Shown: piece by piece, positions 23,630-36,200 of the stretch | Position numbering within the stretch: the stretch's first letter is position 1 | Layout of the letters: each line of letters opens with the position of its first letter | Assembly: GCF_902713615.1 (NCBI RefSeq) | Contig: NC_052171.1 | Coordinates: 19,751,952 to 19,815,487, forward strand | Direction of reading: 5' to 3' | DNA length: 63,536 bases | Source of the DNA: Scyliorhinus canicula | Lineage: Eukaryota | The notes under the pieces: model-generated | Seen by the model: only the letters and a program-made list of their open reading frames with translations | What the model was told of the DNA's origin: nothing | Database searches by the model: none | Made by a program: the position numbers and the translations under genes

Positions 23630-26410
23630 TCCCGGAAAATCTCTCAGGCCTCTGCCCTCCTCCAGAGCCTCGAACGAGATGCAGTTCCTGAGTTTGACCC
23701 TGTACGGTTGGAGAAACGGGGAGGGGAGTGGTGAACCTGTCGGGTATTTACTCTGGACCTCCAGATAATGGGGAGGAAGTGAGAAAGAGAGCATTGAAAG
23801 GCAAATGATGGAAATCTGCAGGGCAAGTAGGGCTGCGATAGTTGGGGATTTCAATTACGCTAAAGTAGACTGGGAAACGGGAAGAGTGTGAGGCACGGAA
23901 GGGGAGAAATTCTGGCAGTGTGTGCAGGAGAACTTTCTGGAACAGACGTGTCCTGCCCGACCAGGGAGCAAGCTGTGCTGGAACTGGTCCTCTGAAATGG
24001 GAACGTCGCAGTGGGGGAGCTGTCGGGAAGTAGCGATCATAACACAAACAAGGTTCAATATTAAGTTGGAAAAGGATAAAAATAAGTCAGGGATTAAAAT
24101 CCCAGACTGGGAAAGGGCAAATTTTAGGAGTCTAAATGTTGAACTGGAGCAGATTGATTGGAAACGCATTTTGGTGGATAAAACATTGGATAAAAATGGG
24201 AGACTTTCAAAGGAGAGGTGATTAGGGTGCAAGCCAGGTACGTACCCATGAGAAATAAATACAGGGTATCTAGAGCTGGAGTACCCTGGATGATGAAGGA
24301 TATTGATGATAAAATAAGGAAGAAAAAAAAGGCCTGCGATGCATGCCAGATTAATAATCGCACAGCAACACGGTAGCACAGTGGTTAGCACTGTGGCTTC
24401 ACAGCTCCAGGGTCCCAGGCTCGATTCCCGCTTGGGTCACTGTCTGTGCGGAGTCTGCACGTTCTCCCCGTGTCTGTGTGGGTTTCCTCCGGGTGCTCCG
24501 GTTTCCTCCCACAGTCCAAAGATGTGCAGGTTGGGTGCTAAATTGCCCTTAGTGTCCAAAAAGGTGAGGAGGGGTTATTGGGGTAAGCGGATAGGGTGGA
24601 AGTGAGGGCTTAAGTGGGTTGATGCAGACTCGATGGGCCGAATGGCCTCCTTCTGCACTGCATGTTCTATGTTCCAAAACAAATCAGGAAGAGTATATCA
24701 AATGCAGGAGAGAGGCTAAGGCTGGAATGAGGAAGGCTAAGAGAAAGCACGAGGAAAGGATTGCAGGCTGTGCTGCAATTTTAAACAAAAAGCAAAATGT
24801 TCTTTGTTATGGGAGAGGCATTTTCAGAAACCCAAAATGTATCATGGAGTTCAACCAGCCTCTCCCTTTAATGTATTGTTGCTTTTGAAGCACACGGCTT
24901 GTTCCCCAAGTGTGGTCGTACAATTATGGACACGTGGTTTTTAAAACAAGGCAATGTTTATTCCATGAACTCAACTTAACCTTTCAAAATAAACATTGGA
25001 TCTCTTAACACCCCTTACTTCAAAGATAACCCCGAAAATAATACAACACTAAATAATCCCTCAAAATATTCCTTCAAACCTCCAAAAGACTTAACACCTT
25101 TAAACAGGTTAAAGACATTACTGTTATGAGTTTAAATCACCCAAATGATTCATTCCTGGCAGAGATCACAGCAGATCCAGCTCACTGCAAACACAGACAC
25201 ACCCAAGCTCTTTTCCTCAAAACTGAAACCAAAACACTGCCAAATGGCTGAGCTAAAAACCCAGCTCCACCCACACTCTGACATCACTTCAGTAATATGA
25301 GCTTCTCCATTTCTTAAGGTACATTGCTGAAACATCCATTTAGAACATAGAACATAGAACATAGAACAGTACAGCACAGAACAGGCCCTTCGGCCCTCGA
25401 TGTTGTGCCGAGCAATGATCACCCCACTTAAACCGACATACCCCTAACCCAACAATCCCCCCATTAACCTTACATTACGGGCAATTTAGCATGGCCAATC
25501 CGCCTAACCCGCACATCTTTGGACTGTGGGAGGAAACCGGAGCACCCGGAGGAAACCCATGCACACACGGGGAGGACGTGCAGACTCCACACAGACAGTG
25601 ACCCAGCCGGGAATCGAACCTGGGACCCTGGAGCTGTGAAGCATTGATGCTCACCACCATGCTACCGTGAGGCCATTTCTTAAAGGTACTCCCACATGAC
25701 ATCTTCAAGTATGTTAATGGTAAAAGATTAGCGAAGGATAGAGTGGGGCCCATAAGGGACAAGCAGGATAAGCGGCTCACTGATGCGGAGGGTATGGCAG
25801 TGGTACTAAATGAGTACTTTGCTTCTCTCTTTACCAATTTAGAAGATTGGTGATAACGGCCTAGTTGAAAATGTGGGTGTTGGATAAAGATTGGGTGTTA
25901 AAAAGGCTGGCAGCACTCTAGGGTGAGAGGTCACCAGGCCCCGATGGGATGCACCCTAGATTGCTGAGAGGGGTAAGGGAGCACACTGCGGAGCCGTTGA
26001 CAGAAATTATCCAGGCCTCTCTGAACACAGGATTAGTCCTGGGGGACTGGAGGATTGCAAATGTGTCGCCGTTGTTTAAGAAAGGGGCAAAGGATAACCC
26101 AGGAAACTACAGACCTGTCAGCTTGACATCAATAGAGGGAAAATTGATGGAGGCCACAATAAGGGATAAGATAAACATACACAGAGAAACATAACCTAAT
26201 ACTAGGCAGTTCGAGAGTTGTTGAGGTTTGGAATGCGCTGCCTGGGGGAGAGTGGTGGAGGAGGATTCCATCGGAGGTTTCAAAAGAGAGCTGGATATAT
26301 ATTTGAGAATGATGAATTTAGAGGCCTGTGGAGATAGGGCTGGGGAATGGAACTCACTAGGATGCTCTTTCTGGAGCAGTGACAATGGGCTGAATGGTCT
26401 CTTTCTGTGT
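23630..26410 (+). mobile_element. Fragmented CR1 LINE ORF2 with nested SINE (24360-24673), solo LTR and further SINE
   Basis: IVGDFNY (APE), QENFLEQ, DWERANF, FKYVNGKR..VGPI, SPGPDGMHPRLL, DWRIANVSPLFKKG, PGNYRPVSLTS. Confidence 0.85.
24805..25701 (-). mobile_element. Solo LTR (family B) with nested V-SINE (25341-25673)
   Basis: Minus strand TGTCATG...ATAACA; 4-bp TSD TCTT at 24801-24804 and 25702-25705; homologous to 32564-33105 and 52359-53271. Confidence 0.8.
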
Positions 26411-26518
26411 TGTAAATAACTAAATCCAAAAAACCTTTATATATCCCCTGCTTTCTATCGTTCCACCATTGACGGCCTTGCCTTCAGCTCTGGAGATTCT
26501 TAATCTCTGGAATCTCCA

Positions 26519-27324
26519 NNNNNNNNNNNNNNNNNNNNNNNNNNNNNNNNNNNNNNNNNNNNNNNNNNNNNNNNNNNNNNNNNNNNNNNNNNNNNNNNNN
26601 NNNNNNNNNNNNNNNNNNNNNNNNNNNNNNNNNNNNNNNNNNNNNNNNNNNNNNNNNNNNNNNNNNNNNNNNNNNNNNNNNNNNNNNNNNNNNNNNNNNN
26701 NNNNNNNNNNNNNNNNNNNNNNNNNNNNNNNNNNNNNNNNNNNNNNNNNNNNNNNNNNNNNNNNNNNNNNNNNNNNNNNNNNNNNNNNNNNNNNNNNNNN
26801 NNNNNNNNNNNNNNNNNNNNNNNNNNNNNNNNNNNNNNNNNNNNNNNNNNNNNNNNNNNNNNNNNNNNNNNNNNNNNNNNNNNNNNNNNNNNNNNNNNNN
26901 NNNNNNNNNNNNNNNNNNNNNNNNNNNNNNNNNNNNNNNNNNNNNNNNNNNNNNNNNNNNNNNNNNNNNNNNNNNNNNNNNNNNNNNNNNNNNNNNNNNN
27001 NNNNNNNNNNNNNNNNNNNNNNNNNNNNNNNNNNNNNNNNNNNNNNNNNNNNNNNNNNNNNNNNNNNNNNNNNNNNNNNNNNNNNNNNNNNNNNNNNNNN
27101 NNNNNNNNNNNNNNNNNNNNNNNNNNNNNNNNNNNNNNNNNNNNNNNNNNNNNNNNNNNNNNNNNNNNNNNNNNNNNNNNNNNNNNNNNNNNNNNNNNNN
27201 NNNNNNNNNNNNNNNNNNNNNNNNNNNNNNNNNNNNNNNNNNNNNNNNNNNNNNNNNNNNNNNNNNNNNNNNNNNNNNNNNNNNNNNNNNNNNNNNNNNN
27301 NNNNNNNNNNNNNNNNNNNNNNNN
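26519..27324. other. Assembly gap (N run)
   Basis: Run of N. Confidence 1.
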
Positions 27325-27705
27325 ATACTCCTTTAAAGCTCTTTGGCCGAGATTTTGGTGACCAGGCCGAATGCGGTTTTGCGTCCGTGTTGTGGTGCTG
27401 ACCCCCTTGAATCACAGTGGATGTTTTACCACGTCAGAGGCAAGTTCGCGTTGAGTTTTTGCTTTCAATAATCTGATATCTTTTCCGTCACACGTTAAGA
27501 CGTTGAATTGTTGAGGAGACTGAAGCTGGGCCCAGGTGTATGTCACCCCCATCAAAGGAAGGTTGTCACATCGGGTTGGACATGTTGATGATACGATGAC
27601 CGGCTGTGAACTGTGCTCCCTCTGGGCATTCTGCTCTGCCGACTAGCGAATGAGAAATTCACATTTTTCACCCAGATCCACGCGGTTCCCTGCCTCACGT
27701 AGAGA

Positions 27706-28032
27706 TAGAACATAGAACAGGCCCTTCGGTCCTCGATGTTGTGCCGAGCAATGATCACCCTACTCAAACCCACGTATCCACCCTATACCCGTAACCCAAC
27801 AACACCCCCCTTAACCTTACTTTTTAGTACACTACGGGCAATTTAGCATGGCCAATCCACCTAACCCGCACATCTTTGGACTGTGGGAGGAAACCGGAGC
27901 ACCCGGAGGAAACCCACGCACACAGGGGGAGGACGTGCAGACTCCACACAGACAGTGACCCAGCCGGGAATCGAACCTGGGACCCTGGAGCTGTGAAGCA
28001 TTTATGCTAACCACCGTGCTACCCTGCTGCCC
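27706..28032 (-). mobile_element. V-SINE (HE1-like)
   Basis: Head/core/tail. Confidence 0.88.
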
Positions 28033-28099
28033 TATTTGTCAGCAAATAGTATCTGAGGACCCAAAACTGCGAATGAGTTTCCCTGTGCCATTGTTAACA

Positions 28100-30610
28100 A
28101 AGAACAATACACAGCACAGGATCAGGCCCTCCAGCCCTCCAAGCCTGTACTGGTCATGTTACCAACCTTGGCCGAAACCCTCAGCCCTTCCTTGTGCCGT
28201 ATCCCTCTATACCCATCCTATCCATGTGTTTGTCAAGATGCCTTTTGAACGGCGTTAATGTATCTGCTTCCACAATCTCCCCTGGCAACACGTTCCAGGC
28301 ACTCACCACTCTCTGTGTAAAAACCTGCCTCGCACATCTCATAAGAACTAGGAGCAGGAGTCGGCCATCTGGCCCCTCGAGCCTGCTCCGCCATTCAATG
28401 AGATCATGGCTGATCTTTTGTGGACTCAGCTCCACTTTCCGGCCCGAACACCATAACCCTTAATCCCTTCATTCTTCAAAAAACTATATCTTTACCTTAA
28501 AAACATTTAATGAAGGAGCCTCAACTGCTTCACTGGGCAAGGAATTCCATAGATTCACAACCCTTTGGGTGAAGAAGTTCCTCCTAAACTCAGTCCTAAA
28601 TCTACTTCCCCTTATTTTGAGGCTCTGTCCCCTAGTTCTGCTTTCACCCGCCAGTGGAAACAACCTCCCCACATCTATCCTATCTATTCCCTTCATAATT
28701 TGATATGTTTCTATAAGATCCCCCCTCATCCTTCTAAATTCCAACGAGTACAGTCCCAGTCTACTCAACCTCTCCTCGTAATCCAACCCCTTCAGCTCTG
28801 GGATTAACCTAGTGAATCTCCTCTGCACACCCTCCAGCGCCAGTACGTCCTTTCTCAGGTAAGGAGACCAAAACTGAACACAATACTCCAGGTGTGGCCG
28901 CACTAACACCTTATACAATTGCAGCATAACCTCCCGAGTCTTAAACTACTTCCCTCTAGCAATGAAGGACAAAACTCCATTTGCCTTGTTAATTGCCCCT
29001 GTAAACCAAAGTTTTTGCGACTCATGCACGGTAACATAGTGGTTAGCACAGTTGCTTCACAGCTCCAAGGTCCCAGGTTCGATTCCCGACTGGGTTACTG
29101 TCTGTGCGGAGTCTGCACGTTGTCCCCGTGTCTGCGTGGGTTTCCTCCGGATGCTCCAGTTTCCTCCCACAGTCCAAAGATGTGCGGGTTAGGTGGATTG
29201 GCGATGCTAAATTGCCCTTAGTGTCCAGAAAATGCTAGGTGGGTGTTACTGGGATATGGGGATAGGGTAGATACGCGGGCTTGAGTAGGGTGCTCTTTGT
29301 AAGGGCCGGTGCAGACTCGATGGGTCAAATGGCCTCCTTCTGCACTGTAAATTCTATGATTCTATGACACCCAGGTCTCTCTGAACAGCAGCATGTTTTA
29401 CTATTTTATCATTTAAATAATAATCCCTTTTGCTGTTATTCCTACCAAAATGGATAACCTCACATTTGTCAACATTGTATTCCATCTGCCAGACCCTAGC
29501 CCATTCACTTAACCTATCCAAATCCCTCTGCAGACTTCCAGTATCCTCTGCACTTTTCGCTTTACCACTCATCTTAGTGTCGTCTGCAAACTTGGACACA
29601 TTGCCCTTGGTCCCCAACTCCAAATCATCTATGTAAATTGTGAACAATTGTGGGCCCAACACGGATCCCTGAGGGACACCACTAGCTACTGATTGCCAAC
29701 CAGAGAAACACCCATTAATCCCAACTCTTTGCTTTCTATTAATTAACCAATCCTCTATCCATGCTACTACTTTACCCTTATCTTATGCAGCAACCTTTTG
29801 TGTGGCACCTTGTCAAAAGCTTTCTGGAAATCCAGATATACCACATCCATTGGCTCCCCGTTATCTACCGCACTGGTAATGTCCTCAAACAATTCCACTA
29901 AATTAGTTAGGCACAACCTTCCTGTTATGACCCCATGCTGCGTCTACCCAATGGGACAATTTCTATCCAGATGCCTCGCTATTTCTTCCTTGATGATAGA
30001 TTCCAGCATCTTCCCTACTACCAAAGTTAAGCTCACTGGCCTATAATTTCCTGCTCTCTGCCTACCTCCTTTTTCAAACAGTGGTGTCACGTTTGCTAAT
30101 TTCCAATCCGCTGGGACCACCCCAGAGTCTAGTGAATTTCGGTAAATTATCACTAGTGCATCTGCAATTTCCCTAGCCATCTCTTTTAGCACTCTGGGAT
30201 GCATTCCATCAGGGCCAGGAGACTTGTCTACCTTTAGCCCCATTAGCTTGCCCATCACTACTTCCTTAGTGATAACAATCCTCTCAAGGTCCTCACCTGT
30301 CATAGCCTCATTTCTATCAGTCGCTGGCATGTTATTTGTGTCTTCCACTGTGAAGACCGACCCAAAAAACCTGTTCAGTTCCTCAGCCATTTCCTCATTT
30401 CCCATTATTAAAACTGCCTTCTCATCCTCTAAAGGACTAATATTTACCTTAGCCACAAACTTTTACTATCTGTTTTTATATTCTGAGCAAGTTTACTCTT
30501 ATGATCTATCTTACTTTTCTTTACAGCTTTTTTAGTAGCTTTCTGTTGGCCCCTTAAAGATTTCCCAATCCTCTAAACTTTGCTCCATGGACCTTAAACC
30601 TCTGCCCCCT
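28100..30610 (-). mobile_element. CR1 LINE ORF2 fragments (RT and C-terminus), nested, with a plus-strand SINE at 29027-29366
   Basis: KSPGPDGMHPRVLKE, DWKLANVTPLFEKG, NYRPVSLT, LGPQLFTIYIDDL, SKFADDTK, LYKVLVRPHLEYCVQFWSP, RNFFTQRVVNLWNSLP. Confidence 0.92.
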
Positions 30611-31472
30611 GGTGATTGACCCCTCCCACCCTGGGACAGAGTGCCTGTCGCTCCTTGCCCCTCGTATTGTGCTGATCCGATCACTCTCTCCCCATCCTCC
30701 CCCCCCCTCCCTGTTCACTGAAACAATGTCAATCGCCACAGAACGAGGTTTGAACTCTCCTGACCCACCACCGAGTCATCGGAGAAGTCTCAGTTAGGAT
30801 TTCCACCAACAATGATCCCAGCTCAGCCGGACAGGAAATGTCTAGCCCTCGTGTGGCTGGCCAGCGGCATTGAGCACACACATCAATAAAACAAAGACAG
30901 CCTTCTGATCTTGGCTGACCGCCACTCTGCAGCTGACGGCGCATTCCTGCTGGGGACAAAGTAAGGGATGTGCAGATTCCTGGCTGAGCCGGAAATCCGA
31001 GCGGGAACGTGCAGATCTTCATGTCCACACACCCTTCTTTCCCTCGCTCCCTCTCCCGACCCTGGGCTGGGTGACAGGGTTAGCCAGTGACTGTGTTAAA
31101 AGCGATAATCCAAGTCTGCGGCTGGTTTTGTATTTCGCCCCCCCCCCCCTTCTCTCTCACTGCTTGTCTCCATTGATGTTGCACCAGGAAAGCAATCGCT
31201 TGGAGCCCTTGTCCCGTGCTGCTTGTTAGTTCTGGGTCGGCAGACAGGTCCACAAAGGGGTGAACTCAAGCTGCCGTCTCTCTCTCCCTCAGTCTCAGTG
31301 TGTCTTTCTTCCTCATCTCTCTCCGTCTCCATATAATCTCCACACTCTGTCTCCCCACAATCTCCGCTCTTTCTGTCTTTCTCGCGTTTCATTGTCTCCC
31401 CATGCTCTCTGCTCTCTCTATCTCCCTGTTCTCTCGTCTCCCCATGCTACCTGCCCTCTATCTCCCTTCCTT

Positions 31473-31630
31473 CCACCTCCGTGCCCCCCACCTCCGTGCC
31501 CCCCACCTCCGTGCCCCCCACCTCCGTGCCCCCCACCTCCGTGCCCTCCACCTCCATGCCCCCCACCTCCGTGCCCCCCACCTCAGTGCCCTCCACCTCA
31601 GTGCCCTCCACCTCAGTGACCTCCACCTCC
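31473..31630. repeat. 15-bp tandem repeat (CCACCTCCGTGCCCC)n, about 10 copies
   Basis: Direct reading. Confidence 0.9.
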
Positions 31631-32560
31631 CTGCTCTCTCTCCCCCCGCTCTCTGTCCCCCACGCTCTATGTCCCCCACACTCTCTCTCCCCCGCTCTCT
31701 CTCCCCCGCTCTCTGTTCCCCCGCCCCACTCTCTCTCCCCCTCCCCTGCTCTCTCTCCCCCTCCCCTGCTCTCTCTCCACCCTCCCCCGCTCTCTCCCCC
31801 CCCCCCTGCTCTCTCTCTCTCTCTCCCCTTGCTCTCTCTCTCCCTCTGCTCTCTATCTCCCCCATTCTCTATTTCCCCGCTCTCTGACTCCCCGCTTCTG
31901 ACTCCCCTTGCTGGCTGCTCTGTCTCCCAGTGCTCTCTGCTCTCTTTCTCTCCCTGTGTTCTCTGCTCTCTTTCTCTCCCTGTGCTCTCTGCTCTCTTTC
32001 TCTCCCTGTGCTCTCTTTCTCTCCGTGCTCTCTGCTCTTTCTCTCCCTGTGCTCTCTGCTCTTTCCCTGTGCTCTCTCTCCCTGTGCTCTCTTTCTATCC
32101 CTGTACTCTCTTTCTATCCGTGTACTCTCTTTCTCTCCGTGCTCTCTGCTCTCTTTCTCTCCCTGTGCTCTCAGCTCTCTTTCTCTCCCCGTGCTCTTTC
32201 TCTCCCTGTGCTCTCTTTCTCTCCCTGTGCTCTATGCTCTCTCTATCTCTCCATGCTCTCTTTTCTATTTTCCTGAGCTCTCTGCTCCCTCCAGCTCCCT
32301 GCCCTCTCTGTTCTATCCCTCCCTGCACACTCCGTACTCTCTTCCTTCCTGAGCGCACTCTACTTGCTCCCTCCTTGCGTGCTCCGCTACTCTCTCCCTC
32401 TTTGAATACTCTCTATTCTCTCCCTCCCTGCACACTCTCTGCTCTCTGCATCGTCCCACACTCTCTGATTTCTCGATCACCACAAACCTGCTGCGCTCTC
32501 TGCCTCCCCGCGTGTCATTGTCTCCACATGCTCTCTCCATCTCCATGCACACCCTGCTCT
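31631..32560. repeat. CT-rich low-complexity tract
   Basis: Degenerate CTCTCTCCCTGTGCT-like units. Confidence 0.85.
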
Positions 32561-32563
32561 CTG

Positions 32564-33105
32564 TGTCATGGCAGTGTCTCTTTAAGAAATGTTTCTTTCT
32601 TATCACATGGCTTCGGTGATGTCATTGTATGGGCGGAGCTGGGCTGTGGCTCTGTGAGTTTTCACAGGTGGCTGCTGCAGACTCAGACAGAGAAGTATTT
32701 TGGTCTCTCTCTCTATTTCCAATTTTAAAGGGTTATTCCATGGAAGAAACCCAATGATTATAGTTACCTGCTGTTTTGGTAAATAGGGGTGTTTAGTTCA
32801 TGGGGTCTTGTTATTGAATTGGAACAGTTAAGGGGGAAATTCATTAAGGGTTACACATAAGAGTATTGTAGCAGTGTGGGGTCTTTATGCTCGTAGTTAA
32901 TAATTCTTGCTGTGTGTGTTTGTACAAATGTTAACTAAACTCGTAGAATAAAGCTTGTTTTTTGTTTAAAAGTGCCTCAGGCCTCTGTTGAATAACCCCT
33001 GAAAGGCAGGCTCTTGTGCTCATTGCAGCCAAAATCAATAAACAATTGTAGGTCAGGTGTACTCCATAATATACTTTGGAGTTTTCCAAACCCTGGTCCA
33101 TACCA
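32564..33105 (+). mobile_element. Solo LTR (family B)
   Basis: TGTCATGG...CCATACCA; internal AATAAA; homologous to the two TSD-confirmed copies; its own TSD is degenerate (TCTG/CTTG). Confidence 0.7.
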
Positions 33106-33234
33106 CTTGGTCACTGTGTGCTCACTGCTTGCAATATCCCTTCTTGCACTCTCCCTGCTCCCTCTCATCTCCCCTTGCTCCCTGATCTGTCTCCCTGCTC
33201 TCTGTCTCCCCGTGCTCCCTGCTCTCCGTCTTGC

Positions 33235-36200
33235 CATGCTGTCTGCTCTCTCTGACCCGCCGTGCTGTCTGCTCTCTCTGACCCGCCGTGCTCCCTGCTC
33301 TCTCTAACCCGCCGTGCTGTCTGCTCTCTCTGACCCACCGTGTTGTCTGCTCTCTCTGACCCGCCGTGCTGTCTGCTCTCTCTGATCCGCCGTGCTCCCT
33401 GCTCTCTCTGACCCGCCGTGCTGTCTGCTCTCTCTGACCCGCCGTGCTGTCTGCTCTCTCTGACCCGCCGTGCTGTCTGCTCTCTCTGACCCACCGTGCT
33501 GTCTGCTCTCTCTGACCCGCCCTGCTCTCTCTGACCCGCCGTGCTGTCTGCTCTCTCTGACCCGCCGTGCTGTCTGCTCTCTCTGACCCGCCGTGCTGTC
33601 TGCTCTCTCTGACCCGCCGTGCTGTCTGCTCTCTCTGACCCGCCGTGCTGTCTGCTCTCTCTGACCCGCCGTGCTGTCTGCTCTCTCTGACCCGCCGTGC
33701 TGTCTGCTCTCTCTGACCCGCCGTGCTGTCTGCTCTCTCTGACCCGCCGTGCTGTCTGCTCTCTCTGACCCGCCGTGCTGTCTGCTCTCTCTGACCCGCC
33801 GTGCTGTCTGCTCTCTCTGACCCGCCGTGCTGTCTGCTCTCTCTGACCCGCCGTGATGTCTGCTCTCTCTGACCCGCCGTGCTGTCTGCTCTCTCTGACC
33901 CGCCCTACTCACTCTGACCCGCCGTGATGTCTGCTCTCTCTGACCCGCCGTGATGTCTGCTCTCTCTGACCCGCCGTGATGTCTGCTCTCTCTGACCCGC
34001 CGTGCTGTCTGCTCTCTCTGACCCGCCGTGCTGTCTGCTCTCTCTGACCCACCGTGCTGTCTGCTCTCTCTGACCCGCCGTACCCCCTGCTCTCTCTGAC
34101 CCGCCGTACCCCCTGCTCTCTCTGACCCGCCGTGCTGTCTGCTCTCTCTGACCCGCCGTGCTGTCTGCTCTCTCTGACCCGCCGTGCTGTCTGCTCTCTC
34201 TGACCCGCCGTGCTGTCTGCTCTCTCTGACCCGCCGTGCTGTCTGCTCTCTCTGACCCGCCGTGCTGTCTGCTCTCTCTGACCCACCGTGCTGTCTGCTC
34301 TCTCTGACCCGCCGTGCTGTCTGCTCTCTCAGACCCGCCGTGCTGTCTGCTCTCTCTGACCCGCCGTGCTCTCTCTGACCCGCCGTGCTGTCTGCTCTCT
34401 CTGACCTGCCGTGCTGTCTACTCTCTCTGACCCGTGGTGCTGTCTGCTCTCTCTGACCCGCCGTGCTGTCTGCTCTCTCTGACCCGCCGTGCTGTCTGCT
34501 CTCTCTGACCCGCCGTGCTGTCTGCTCTCTCTGACCCACCGTGCTGTCTGCTCTCTCTGACCCGCCGTGCTGTCTGCTCTCTCTGACCTGCCGTGCTGTC
34601 TGCTCTCTCTGACCCGCCGTGCTGTCTGCTCTCTCTGACCCGCCGTGCTCCCTGCTCTCTCTGACCCGCCGTGCCCCCTGCTCTCTCTGACCTGCCGTGC
34701 CGTCTGCTCTCTCTGACCCGCCGTGCTCCCTGCTCTCTCTGACCCGCCGTGCTGTCTGCTCTCTCTGACCCGCCGTGCTGTTTGCTCTCTCTGACCCGCC
34801 GTGCTGTCTGCTCTCTCTGACCCGCCGTGCTGTCTGCTCTCTCTGACCCGCCGTGCTCCCTGCTCTCTCTGACCCGCCGTGCTGTCTGCTCTCTCTGACC
34901 CGCCGTGCTGTCTGCTCTCTCTGACCCGCCGTGCTGTCTGCTCTCTCTGATCCGCCGTGCTGTCTGCTCTCTCTGACCCGCCGTGCTGTCTGCTCTCTCT
35001 GACCCGCCGTGCTGTCTGCTCTCTCTGACCCGCCGTGCTCCCTGCTCTCTCTGACCCGCCGTGCCCCCTGCTCTCTCTGACCTGCCGTGCCGTCTGCTCT
35101 CTCTGACCCGCCGTGCTCCCTGCTCTCTCTGACCCGCCGTGCTGTCTGCTCTCTTTGACCCGCCGTGCTGTCTGCTCTCTCTGACCCGCCGTGCTGTCTG
35201 CTCTCTCTGACCCGCCGTGCTGTCTGCTCTCTCTGACCCGCCGTGCTCCCTGCTCTCTCTGACCCGCCGTGCTGTCTGCTCTCTCTGACCCGCCGTGCTG
35301 TCTGCTCTCTCTGATCCACCGTGCTGTCTGCTCTCTCTGACCCGCCGTGCTGTCTGCTCTCTCTGACCCGCCGTGCTCTCTGCTCTCTCTGACCCGCCGT
35401 GCTGTCTGCTCTCTCTGACCCGCCGTGCTGTCTGCTCTCTCTGACCCACCGTGCTGTCTGCTCTCTCTGACCCGCCGTGCTGTCTGCTCTCTCTGACCCG
35501 CCGTGCTGTCTGCTCTCTCTGACCCGCCGTGCTGTCTGCTCTCTCTGACCCGCCGTGCTCCCTGCTCTCTCTGACCCGCCGTGCTGTCTGCTCTCTCTGA
35601 CCCGCCGTGCTGTCTGCTCTCTCTGACCCGCCGTGCTGTCTGCTCTCTCTGACCCGCCGTGCTGTCTGCTCTCTCTGACCTGCCGTGCTGTCTGCTCTCT
35701 CTGACCCGCCGTGCTGTCTGCTCTCTCTGACCCACCGTGCTGTCTGCTCTCTCTGACCCGCCGTGCTGTCTGCTCTCTCTGACCCGCCGTGCTGTCTGCT
35801 CTCTCTGACCCGCCGTGCTGTCTGCTCTCTCTGACCCGCCGTGCTGTCTGCTCTCTCTGACCCGCCGTGCTGTCTGCTCTCTCTGACCCGCCGTGCTGTC
35901 TGCTCTCTCTGACCCGCCGTGCTGTCTGCTCTCTCTGACCCGCCGTGCTGTCTGCTCTCTCTGACCCGCCGTGCTGTCTGCTCTCTCTGACCCGCCGTGC
36001 TGTCTGCTCTCTCTGACCCGCCGTGCTGTCTGCTCTCTCTGATCCGCCGTGCTGTCTGCTCTCTCTGACCCGCCGTGCTGTCTGCTCTCTCTGACCCGCC
36101 GTGCTGTCTGCTCTCTCTGACCCGCCGTGCTCCCTGCTCTCTCTGACCCGCCGTGCCCCCTGCTCTCTCTGACCTGCCGTGCCGTCTGCTCTCTCTGACC

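Noticed and set aside
26420-27415. ORFs spanning X runs (also 62854-63528)
   Set aside because: Assembly gaps
30720-30760. Second TN-motif-like string (ACC TCG TTC TGT GGC GAT T GAC ATT, roughly TPFSVKDI) on minus
   Set aside because: Too short, needs an indel, has no supporting context and competes with the 27.5-kb candidate; likely chance
31260-32728. PPPPC and Leu/Ser-rich ORFs
   Set aside because: Translation of the 15-bp repeat and CT-rich sequence
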